From Elusimicrobiota bacterium (lineage in GTDB: Bacteria; Elusimicrobiota; Elusimicrobia; UBA1565; UBA9628), in the NCBI GenBank assembly GCA_043745445.1, contig JAYTSX010000239.1:1-56102 (forward strand): a DNA stretch of 56,102 bases. The letters are read 5' to 3'. The notes beneath the pieces were generated by a model. That model was not told where the DNA came from. It did not search any database and saw only the letters and a list, made by a program, of their open reading frames with translations. Shown piece after piece: positions 29,807 through 37,684 of this stretch; position 1 is the first letter of the stretch; every line of letters begins with the position of its first letter. A program made the translations under genes and the position numbers.

Positions 29807-29833
29807 CCCGAACTCGCACTGGTGTGAGTTCCT

Positions 29834-30415
29834 TTAGCTGCGGCGCAGCGTCCAGAAAGTCGGGCGCACGGGTGAGCTGACTTCCATCAAGAATTTAAAA
29901 CCTCGCGCCTCGTACCAGAAACGATTTGACTCCAAAAAAGTTTCGAGGTAAAGCGAGTGCCCGGCTTTTTTGGTCGCGTCGTTGATCAGCGCCGCACCCA
30001 CGCCGCGTCCCTGTGTCGCGGGATGCACCGCGAGGAGGTGCAGATAATCGGAGTCCTTGGTGCGGCGTTCTTTGATCGTGTGGATCAAGGATAGAGCGCG
30101 AAGTAGCGCGGCCGGCTCAATGAGAAACCAAGCCAAGTCAGGAAGATGCCTGATCCAATCCGGTATCCCAGGATTTTCGATTCCTGCCGGGATGACGGCG
30201 GAGAGTCCGACCAGGGCATCACCTTCGAAGGCGCCCGACACGCGTCCTCCCGCTAGCGCGTCGTTGCGGAGCATCGCCTCGAAGAGAGCCGGAAGCCGCC
30301 TACGGCGGAGCGCGTCGTTGGGGAATATGTGCGCGAAGCCCGGATCCTCGCGAAAGGCGGCGGCCGCCAGCGCGGCCGCCTCGGGGAACTCGTTCTCGGC
30401 CAACGGGCGGATCAA
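29834..30415 (-). CDS. GNAT-family N-acetyltransferase
   Basis: 193 aa. AcCoA motif LAVHPATQGRGVGAALI. Confidence 0.8.
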   Translation of the reverse strand: MIRPLAENEFPEAAALAAAAFREDPGFAHIFPNDALRRRRLPALFEAMLRNDALAGGRVSGAFEGDALVGLSAVIPAGIENPGIPDWIRHLPDLAWFLIEPAALLRALSLIHTIKERRTKDSDYLHLLAVHPATQGRGVGAALINDATKKAGHSLYLETFLESNRFWYEARGFKFLMEVSSPVRPTFWTLRRS

Positions 30416-31203
30416 GGCCAGCGGTAAAGTGCTGCGGCGTTGTCGCTCGTGCGGCGGGCGACCTCATCGAGCGGGACCCCGTGGACCTCGGCGAGCGTCG
30501 CCGCGATCTCGGGAATGGCCGCGGGTTCGTTGCGCTTGCCGCGGGAGCTTTGGGGGGGTAGATACGGGGAATCGGTTTCGAGCACGACCGCCCCTAAGCC
30601 GGCGCGGCGGAAGCCCTCACGCAGGGCGGCGTTCTTCTTATAGGTGAGAGGACCGTCGGCGCCGAGGGCGAAACCGAGTATTGAGCATGCCTCCGCCTCT
30701 TCAGGTGTGCCGGTGAAGCAGTGGATGACGCCCCAGAACCGGCCTGGCGCGGGCTTAGCCGGGAAGAGTTCTTTCAGCATCGGCACGAGATCGGCGTACG
30801 CGTCGCGGCAGTGGATGATGAGGGGTACATCCCAGTCCCGGCCGGCGGCCGCAATCGCGGCGAAGGCGCGTCGCTGGATGTCGTGCGGCACTTCGGCTTT
30901 CGCGTAGTCGAGGCCGATTTCACCGATGGCCACGGCCTCCGGGGCGGCGTCGAGCGCGGCGCGAAGCTTGGAGAGGAAGGCATCGTCGTACTTATCCGCG
31001 TAGTAGGGATGCAGTCCCAAGGTACAGCGCACATTGGCCGGCCGCGCGCGCGCGATGGCGACGGCGCGCGCCCACTCATCGGGGTGATCGGCGATCTCGA
31101 CGATGCGTGAAACGCCGGCCGCGGCCGCGCGTTCAAAGACGGAATCCCGGTCCGCGTCGAACTGGGGATCGCCCAGGTGGGCATGAGTATCGACGAAGAT
31201 CAT
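30412..31203 (-). CDS. tatD: TatD-family metal-dependent hydrolase/DNase
   Basis: 263 aa. FVDTHAHL, EIGLDY, IIHCRDA, ETDSPYL. Confidence 0.92.
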   Translation of the reverse strand: MIFVDTHAHLGDPQFDADRDSVFERAAAAGVSRIVEIADHPDEWARAVAIARARPANVRCTLGLHPYYADKYDDAFLSKLRAALDAAPEAVAIGEIGLDYAKAEVPHDIQRRAFAAIAAAGRDWDVPLIIHCRDAYADLVPMLKELFPAKPAPGRFWGVIHCFTGTPEEAEACSILGFALGADGPLTYKKNAALREGFRRAGLGAVVLETDSPYLPPQSSRGKRNEPAAIPEIAATLAEVHGVPLDEVARRTSDNAAALYRWP

Positions 31204-32651
31204 CGCGCGGGGAAACGCGCCAGCAGCGACACGGCCTCAGGGTCCCGTTCGGTCGCGAGATAGCTTGAGCGGATCTTGGAGGCCTCCGGCATCTTGGCGA
31301 AGTAGTGATCAAGGACCATCACCTTGGCGAAGGCGCGTACGGCGGGATTGGGGTCGCGCAGCGCGGTCGTCAGCGCCGGAAGCGCGTTCTTGCCCTCGAG
31401 GTCGGCGTAAAGATTAAGAGCGCGGATGCGAACCAGGGGCTTGTCGCTGCCGAGCCACGCATCTCGACGCGCGCGGACCGCCTCCAGTTCCTTCTTTCCG
31501 ATCTCGAACAGGGCGAAGTCGGCGTTGCGCCTTACGATCTCGGTGTCGTCGTCAAGGAGCTCGCCCAGCCGGTCGATCCAGCGCGGATCCTTGAATGAGG
31601 CCGCGCGCAGACAGGCCTCGGCGCGAATAGAGGCGTCCTCAAGAGCAAAGCGCGCCCCGAGCCCCTCGACCGGCGCGTGCTGAAGCAGCGACTCGCGCCG
31701 CGAATCGAGGGTTTCGCGGATGCGGCGTTCGACGGGCTCGTCCCCGTCGGCGAAGTCCGGATTCTGACGGTAGAGCGCGAGGTAATACGGCAGGGCGCTT
31801 TCGGCGTCGGCGCGGCGCTTGTCGTAAATTTGAGCCAGCTTCGAGGCGCTGTACAGGTCGTCGGGATTGCGATCCCACGACGCGGCGAGCCAACGCATTG
31901 CCCCGTCCATATCCTTCTGCTGGAGGGCCAGCGCGCCCATGATTTGCGCCGCCCCCGCTTGGTTGGGATTCTTGGCGAGCGCTTCGGAAGCGACGGCGTG
32001 AGCAAGGGCGAAGTCGCCGCGCGCGAATAACGCCATGCCCAGAGCCGCGAGCTTTCCGGGATGGTTAAGGTCGCCTTGGTGCAACTCTTCGAGAGCGGTG
32101 CGCGCGAGATGGGCGGATTCACCGCCCTGCACGGCCTCGTCGCCCGCGGCAAGGCGTGAGAGTGTGTCGAGCGACTGGCGGCCTTCGGGCGTGTCGGGAT
32201 GCTCGCGCGCGATTTCCGTGTGGACCGGGATGGTCAAGGCCGCGTCTCGTAGGCCGTTGAGACGGGCGCGCATTTCGGCGGCGGGGCCGCCTGCGCCGAG
32301 AATGACCTCGGCGTGGGCGCGCCTGAACGCGTCATCGCTGAATAGTTGGCGCGCGGCGTACAAAACGTAAAAAGAGTCGACCGGGTGTCCGGCCTTCCAA
32401 AGCGCGTCAGACAGACGCATGTGAGAGCGTGCATCGAGCAGGTGAGCGCGGAACTCCTTGCGCGAAAGATTCAAGCGCTCCTCGGCCTCGGCGCGTGAGG
32501 GCGCGGCGCTGCCGGCGGGGGCTCCCGCGCGCGAAGGCGCCTTGAACCAGCTCATCATGATGAGCGAGTAGGCGGCAAACGCGACCGCGATCATCAACAA
32601 CGCGATCACGATGAGCGTGTTTGTCCGGCGCGAGTCTTTCATCTGTTTCAT
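31200..32651 (-). CDS. membrane-anchored TPR + HEAT(PBS-lyase-like)-repeat protein
   Basis: 483 aa. N-terminal TM (TLIVIALLMIAVAFAAYSLIMM), TPR-like helical repeats, C-terminal HEAT-like repeats (..LRDPNPAVRAFA..). Confidence 0.7.
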   Translation of the reverse strand: MKQMKDSRRTNTLIVIALLMIAVAFAAYSLIMMSWFKAPSRAGAPAGSAAPSRAEAEERLNLSRKEFRAHLLDARSHMRLSDALWKAGHPVDSFYVLYAARQLFSDDAFRRAHAEVILGAGGPAAEMRARLNGLRDAALTIPVHTEIAREHPDTPEGRQSLDTLSRLAAGDEAVQGGESAHLARTALEELHQGDLNHPGKLAALGMALFARGDFALAHAVASEALAKNPNQAGAAQIMGALALQQKDMDGAMRWLAASWDRNPDDLYSASKLAQIYDKRRADAESALPYYLALYRQNPDFADGDEPVERRIRETLDSRRESLLQHAPVEGLGARFALEDASIRAEACLRAASFKDPRWIDRLGELLDDDTEIVRRNADFALFEIGKKELEAVRARRDAWLGSDKPLVRIRALNLYADLEGKNALPALTTALRDPNPAVRAFAKVMVLDHYFAKMPEASKIRSSYLATERDPEAVSLLARFPAR

Positions 32652-32654
32652 TAT

Positions 32655-32694
32655 AGGAAAAAGAGCCCGCCCCCCGATGTTTCGGGGGGCGGGT
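32655..32694 (-). terminator. intrinsic terminator for the small basic-protein gene
   Basis: On the minus strand: ACCCGCCCCCCGA-AACA-TCGGGGGGCGGGC followed by TCTTTTTCC. Confidence 0.7.
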
Positions 32695-32713
32695 GTACGG
32701 GTCCGGTTCGGAC

Positions 32714-33001
32714 CTATTTAGAGAAGAACTTCCAGCTTCGCTCCGAGTCGCCGTCGCGGCGCTCGAGCATGTGCTCCTCAACCTGAGTCCATGGGTCGGC
32801 ATCCTCGATCGGGGCTGTCATGCGCTGCCAAGCTTTTTCACTGTCTTCAAAGCGCTTGACCAAAGTTTCGAGATGCGAGACCTCATCGGCGGTCATCGCT
32901 TCGGCGGGCGCGGCCTTCAGAACGAGGCGACGCACGGGGGCTTTCTTGCTCTTGCTGGGGGCCGCCTTCTTGGCGGAGAGGCGTTTCACCTGCTTTTTCA
33001 T
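32714..33001 (-). CDS. small hypothetical protein with Lys/Ala-rich N-terminal tail
   Basis: Track ORF trimmed to the ATG at 33001. Reads MKKQVKRLSAKKAAPSKSKKAPVRRLVLKAAP, then an acidic C-terminal half. GGAGG-containing SD (AGGAGGATAC) upstream. Confidence 0.6.
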   Translation of the reverse strand: MKKQVKRLSAKKAAPSKSKKAPVRRLVLKAAPAEAMTADEVSHLETLVKRFEDSEKAWQRMTAPIEDADPWTQVEEHMLERRDGDSERSWKFFSK

Positions 33002-33168
33002 GAGTATCCTCCTAGGCCGAGCCGCTGCAGTAGGCTCGGAATATGAGTGTAACGGGACATCTCGTTTTTTGCAAGGGGGGTGGGAGTCAAAAAAATAACA
33101 TGAAGTATGCATAAACTCGCCATTGACCGCCCCGGGTCATCTTTCTTAACCTAACGAGCCAGAGGCAC

Positions 33169-35856
33169 ATGACCGCAATCACAGAGGCCCTTTCGCAGGA
33201 CCAGCCTACACGCGAGCTCCTGGAATTTTTCCTTCCTTTGCACCGCGCCTTCGAGCCCCGCCGAAAAATTCTGCTCGATGCGCGCCGCCGCTCCCTCGAA
33301 CAGGCGCACGCGGGGGACATGCCCGGCTACCGGCCCGAATCAGAAGCGACCGCCGGGGCCTGGCGTCTGGCCGTTCCCCAATGGGCGAGGGATCAGCGCA
33401 ACCAGATCACGGGCCCCGCCGACAATCCAAAGCTGCTCGTTGCGATGTGCAACACGAAGGATCCCGGCTGCATGCCTGATGGCGAGGATTCCATTACAAC
33501 GGATTGGGATCGAGTCCGGGCTGCTCATCGCAACACCGTCGCGGCGATTCAGGGGACCTTGTCCTTCACGGACGCGGCCGGCAAGACCACAGCGATCAAG
33601 CCGAGCAAGCAGGTCATGTTTTACCGACCACGCGGCCTTCATCTCGATGAGACGCATGCGCTCCCGGATGAAACGGTGTCCGGCTCGTTGTTCGACCTCG
33701 CCGCGCTCTTTTACGGGACGGCGGATCAGCGCCGTCAGGCGGTGAAGACCCCCGAGCTCCAGGCGAAGCTTTGTTTCTATATTCCCAAAACCGAATCTTT
33801 CGAGGAGGCTGCCTGGTTCTCCGATGTGATCGCGGCCATGGAAGCGGCGATCGGCATACCCGTGGGCACGACAAAAATCATGTTCCTGATTGAGTCTTTG
33901 CCCGCGGCGTATCAGATCGAGGAAATCCTTTTCACGGCCAAGCGGCATGTGATCGGTCTCAACCTGGGACGATGGGACTACATGGCGAGCCTGCTTCACT
34001 TTAAGCTCGCCGATCCGAAATGGATTCTTCCGGACCGCAATACGATTCCTCACGACATCCCTTTTTTTCAGAACTTGCGAAAACGATTGGTGGACGCGTG
34101 CCACCGGCGCGGCGCGCTCGCCATCGGCGGCATGAGCGCGCTGTTTCCTGATCGCACCGACGCGGCGATCAACACGCGCGCATTGGAAAGGCTCACCGCC
34201 GACAAGAAGAACGAGGCCTCCTTCGGCTTTGACGGCGCCTGGACGGGCCATCCCGATCAGCACGAGGGCGCGATGTCGCAATTCCCGGCTCCGAACCAGC
34301 TCGGCGTCATGCATGCGGACGCAAAACAGCCCGACCTGACTCCTTCGCCTGCCGGTGCCGGCGCGGTGACCGTCGCCGGCACGCGCGACGCGATCCGCAC
34401 CTGCATCGAATATCGCTTTGGCGTGCTGTCCGGCCTCGGCGCGCGCATGATCAAGGGCTACGACAAGACCGGCGCGTTGATCGGCAACTTCATGGAGGAC
34501 CTGGCGACCGACCGCATCTATCGCCTGATGATCGCCCAGCGCGTGCGTCACGGCGTGAAGACGGCTGAAGGCGTCGTTATCACCGCCGCGCTCGTTGAGA
34601 GTTGGTTCAATGAGGAGCTCAATAAGATTTTGGCCGCGAATCCGGAATCCGCCACGGCGGATAAATACAAACGAGCCAGCGAATGGAGCCAGCAGATGAT
34701 TAAGCAAGCCGTCGCCCCCATGCCCGAGGGCATAAAGACCTGGAAGTACCCTCAAGCTGAATTCGCGAAGATGTATGCCCCGCATGAGAAGGTGCATCCT
34801 TCCGACAAGTTGCGCGCCCTGCTTCTGGAGAAATTCGCCAACCGCGTCAAGAACCCGTCGAAGTCCTTTCTGCACACGGCCGGCGCGTATGACGCGATGA
34901 CGGCGTCCCTGCTGACCGACCTCGGCTTTGAGGCGATCTATGCCAGCGGTTGGCAGCTGGCCGTCGCCCATAATATGTACCCCGACATCGGCATCTACCC
35001 CTCGCATCAGATGGTGGAGCTCGCGCGCGAGCTCATGCGCGGCATCGAGGGCACCCGCGACCGTCACTTCTACGACGACGGCGGTCAGATTCTCAACACG
35101 CCCCCGATCTTCGCCGACATTGAGGCGGGATTCGGCGGTCCGACCCAGACGTTCACGCTCACCCGCGAGTTGATCAGAGCCGGAGTGGGCGGCGTCCACT
35201 TGGAAGACCAGGATCCGGCGGAGCGGACCTGCGGCCACATCGTCGCGCATCACGGCGTGAAGCGCGAGAAGGTCCTCGTGCCGACGAACAAGTGGATCGA
35301 GAAGCTCATCGCGGTGAAAGCCGCCGCCCAGGCGTCGGAGACCAACCTCGTCGTCATCGCGCGCACGGACGCCGTCGACGGCGCGGTGCCCGGCGGCCGA
35401 ACCGGAAGCGTTCAGCACGCGATCGACCGCGCGCTCGAGGCCGCCTCGCTCGGCGTCGATGTGATCTGGCCCGAGTTCAACAACACGGACCTCGAGGGAC
35501 CGCAGGAGTTCGCCGAGGGCGTGCACAAGTACTACCCGAACCAGATGCTCGGCTTCAACCTCTCGCCCTCTCTCCATTGGGGCAAAGCCAAGCAGGAAGG
35601 CAAGCTGATCACCAACGAGATGCTAGGCAAGATGGGCTTCACGCTCCAGTTCTCGACCTTGCTCGCCTTCCGCACGATCGGGATGGCGCTTGAGAACTCA
35701 CTGAAGGGCTTCCACACGCGCGGCATCGATGCACTGGCGGACCTGCAGCTCTCCGAGATCGGTCACCCCAACGGTGAGCCGCGATCCCGCATGCACCAGA
35801 AGTTCGCGGGCACCAACCGCTGGCTCACACTCGAGAAGGTCAGCAAGGGCGTCTAA
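33169..35856 (+). CDS. bifunctional malate synthase (N-terminal, aa 1 to about 515) / isocitrate lyase (C-terminal, aa about 560-895) fusion protein
   Basis: 895 aa, uninterrupted. MS-A signature KRHVIGLNLGRWDYM (nt 33940-33984), FGFDGAWTGHP, MEDLATDRIYR. ICL blocks YASGWQ, MYPD.GIYP, ADIEAGFGG, GVHLEDQ, TCGH, ARTDA, LSPSLHW. Confidence 0.9.
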   Translation: MTAITEALSQDQPTRELLEFFLPLHRAFEPRRKILLDARRRSLEQAHAGDMPGYRPESEATAGAWRLAVPQWARDQRNQITGPADNPKLLVAMCNTKDPGCMPDGEDSITTDWDRVRAAHRNTVAAIQGTLSFTDAAGKTTAIKPSKQVMFYRPRGLHLDETHALPDETVSGSLFDLAALFYGTADQRRQAVKTPELQAKLCFYIPKTESFEEAAWFSDVIAAMEAAIGIPVGTTKIMFLIESLPAAYQIEEILFTAKRHVIGLNLGRWDYMASLLHFKLADPKWILPDRNTIPHDIPFFQNLRKRLVDACHRRGALAIGGMSALFPDRTDAAINTRALERLTADKKNEASFGFDGAWTGHPDQHEGAMSQFPAPNQLGVMHADAKQPDLTPSPAGAGAVTVAGTRDAIRTCIEYRFGVLSGLGARMIKGYDKTGALIGNFMEDLATDRIYRLMIAQRVRHGVKTAEGVVITAALVESWFNEELNKILAANPESATADKYKRASEWSQQMIKQAVAPMPEGIKTWKYPQAEFAKMYAPHEKVHPSDKLRALLLEKFANRVKNPSKSFLHTAGAYDAMTASLLTDLGFEAIYASGWQLAVAHNMYPDIGIYPSHQMVELARELMRGIEGTRDRHFYDDGGQILNTPPIFADIEAGFGGPTQTFTLTRELIRAGVGGVHLEDQDPAERTCGHIVAHHGVKREKVLVPTNKWIEKLIAVKAAAQASETNLVVIARTDAVDGAVPGGRTGSVQHAIDRALEAASLGVDVIWPEFNNTDLEGPQEFAEGVHKYYPNQMLGFNLSPSLHWGKAKQEGKLITNEMLGKMGFTLQFSTLLAFRTIGMALENSLKGFHTRGIDALADLQLSEIGHPNGEPRSRMHQKFAGTNRWLTLEKVSKGV

Positions 35857-35881
35857 GCCTCACGCGGGCTCAAAAAAAGAC

Positions 35882-35915
35882 CGGCCGCCGGGGAAACCCG
35901 GCGGCCGCTTCTTTG
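35882..35915. terminator. bidirectional intrinsic terminator between convergent genes
   Basis: CGGCCGCCGGG-gaaa-CCCGGCGGCCG stem-loop, flanked by an A-tract (CAAAAAAAGA) upstream and CTTCTTTGG downstream. Confidence 0.7.
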
Positions 35916-35927
35916 GGGTCAGACCCC

Positions 35928-36689
35928 TTAGTTTTCGGTGTGGGCGTCGCGCAGGCTGAGCACGATATCGCGCCAGATGTCGTCTTCCTGGCCACCGGAG
36001 AAGAAGTACATCTGGTCCTGGCCGAGGACGAAGGTCTCTGCGCGCGGGAAAGGGGCAAGGACCGTGACTGCGACGCCGGGCAGGCTGGCGATCTGCATGT
36101 TCTTCATCGCGAATTTTTCACCCACGCCCTTGTACTTGCCCGCGGCCATGCGCGAGAGACTCGCGATCCCGGTCGGGTTATTCGGGAACTGGGTCGGGAG
36201 CACCTCGAGCTTGACGATGCCGAGCTGCCCGAAGAGACCCTCGTTGGCGAAATTCGTCGGATCGGTCCCCTTCTTGCAGAAATAGATGATTTGGTGCTGT
36301 TTGCTCGAGTCGGTAAAATCTGAAATGCCGACATAATCCTTGGGCAGGCGCACGATCCAGCCCGCGTGACCGATAAAGGCGGACTCGCCGGAGGGGTTCT
36401 CGGTGTTACCCTCGGTCGAGCTGAGCTTTGGCTTTTGCGATAGAGAGTAAAAGCCGATCAGGAGAATGATCGCCACCCCGACGAAAAGGAACGCGACCGC
36501 GGCCATGCTCGTTTTCATCTTCGGCTTCGCCGAAGTCCGCACCGTCGTCGGTGTGCGCAGGGCCGCCGCCAGCGAATCGGTGAAGTCCGCCTCAGAGACG
36601 CCCTCTTCGGTCAGCTGTTTTCGCAGGGTTTCTACAGGAAAGCTCGAGAGGTGATCCCGAAGATACTGGGCGACATCGGGGCGCAGCAT
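35928..36689 (-). CDS. hypothetical single-pass membrane protein
   Basis: Track ORF trimmed to the ATG at 36689, 1 nt after the rfbA stop. Reads MLRPDVAQYLRDHL.., with one TM (MAAVAFLFVGVAIILLIGFYSL). Confidence 0.55.
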   Translation of the reverse strand: MLRPDVAQYLRDHLSSFPVETLRKQLTEEGVSEADFTDSLAAALRTPTTVRTSAKPKMKTSMAAVAFLFVGVAIILLIGFYSLSQKPKLSSTEGNTENPSGESAFIGHAGWIVRLPKDYVGISDFTDSSKQHQIIYFCKKGTDPTNFANEGLFGQLGIVKLEVLPTQFPNNPTGIASLSRMAAGKYKGVGEKFAMKNMQIASLPGVAVTVLAPFPRAETFVLGQDQMYFFSGGQEDDIWRDIVLSLRDAHTEN

Positions 36690-36690
36690 C

Positions 36691-37578
36691 TCAGCCCCGC
36701 CCTTCGGCGACGCGCAGCAGGTAGCGGCCGTATTCGTTTTTTCGCATCGGCTCGGCGAGCGCGCGCAATTGTTTGGCGTTGATGTAGCCGAGGTTGAAGG
36801 CGATCTCCTCGAGGCAGGAGACCTGCAGGGCCTGGCGTTCCTCGATGACCTGGATGAAGGTCGAGGCTTGAAGGAGAGCTTCGTGCGTGCCGGTATCGAG
36901 CCAGGCAATGCCGCGGCCCATCTTCTGCACATGCAATTTATTTTTCTTGAGATAAGCCTTATTGACATCGGTGATCTCGAGCTCGCCGCGAGGGGAGGGC
37001 TTCAGGTTCGCGGCGATGTCGAGCACCGAGTTGTCGTAAAAGTAGAGGCCCGTGACGGCGTAGTTGGACTTGGGTTTAGAAGGCTTTTCAGCCAGGCTCA
37101 CGGCACGGCCCTTCGCGTCGAACTCAACTACTCCATAGCGCTCGGGGTCCTTGACGTGGTAGGCGAAGACGGTGGCGCCGGACTTCTGCGCCGCGGCGGC
37201 GTGGAGATGCTCGGGCAGGCCGTGGCCGTAAAAAATGTTGTCACCGAGAACGAGGGCGACGCGGTCGCTGCCGACGAAATCGGCGCCGATGATGAAGGCC
37301 TGGGCGAGGCCTTCGGGATTGGGTTGGATCGCATAGGAAATGTTGAGCCCCGCCCAGGAGCCGTCACCGAGCAGTCGGACGAAGGATGGCCGGTCTTCGG
37401 GGGTCGTGATGATGAGGATGTCGCGTATGCCGGCGAGCATGAGCGTCGAGAGGGGGTAGTAGATCATCGGCTTGTCGTAGACGGGGACAAGTTGCTTGCT
37501 GACCGCGCGGGTCACGGGATAAAGCCGGCTTCCCGAGCCGCCGGCGAGCACGATGCCCTTTAAGCGCTGACTAGCCAT
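36691..37578 (-). CDS. rfbA: glucose-1-phosphate thymidylyltransferase
   Basis: 295 aa. [50 protein letters not shown] is the canonical RmlA N-terminus. Confidence 0.95.
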   Translation of the reverse strand: MASQRLKGIVLAGGSGSRLYPVTRAVSKQLVPVYDKPMIYYPLSTLMLAGIRDILIITTPEDRPSFVRLLGDGSWAGLNISYAIQPNPEGLAQAFIIGADFVGSDRVALVLGDNIFYGHGLPEHLHAAAAQKSGATVFAYHVKDPERYGVVEFDAKGRAVSLAEKPSKPKSNYAVTGLYFYDNSVLDIAANLKPSPRGELEITDVNKAYLKKNKLHVQKMGRGIAWLDTGTHEALLQASTFIQVIEERQALQVSCLEEIAFNLGYINAKQLRALAEPMRKNEYGRYLLRVAEGRG

Positions 37579-37598
37579 TCGAAGTATCTCCTAAATGA

Positions 37599-37672
37599 TG
37601 CGCCCGGTCGGACTTGAACCGACGACCAATCCGTTATGAGCGGACCGCTCTAACCAACTGAGCTACGGGCGC
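37599..37672 (-). tRNA. tRNA with CAT anticodon (elongator Met, or Ile2 if lysidinylated)
   Basis: The reverse complement GCGCCCGTAGCTCAGTTGGTTAGAGCGGTCCGCTCATAACGGATTGGTCGTCGGTTCAAGTCCGACCGGGCGCA folds as a 7/4/5/5 cloverleaf with anticodon loop CTCATAA. No encoded CCA. Not initiator-like, since the 1:72 pair is G:C. Confidence 0.9.
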
Positions 37673-37684
37673 GTATTTGTGATT

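Noticed and set aside
33340-35577. 745-aa minus-strand ORF
   Set aside because: Exactly antisense to the MS-ICL gene. Arg/Gly/Ala/Leu-rich composition is typical of open antisense frames in high-GC DNA. No motifs.
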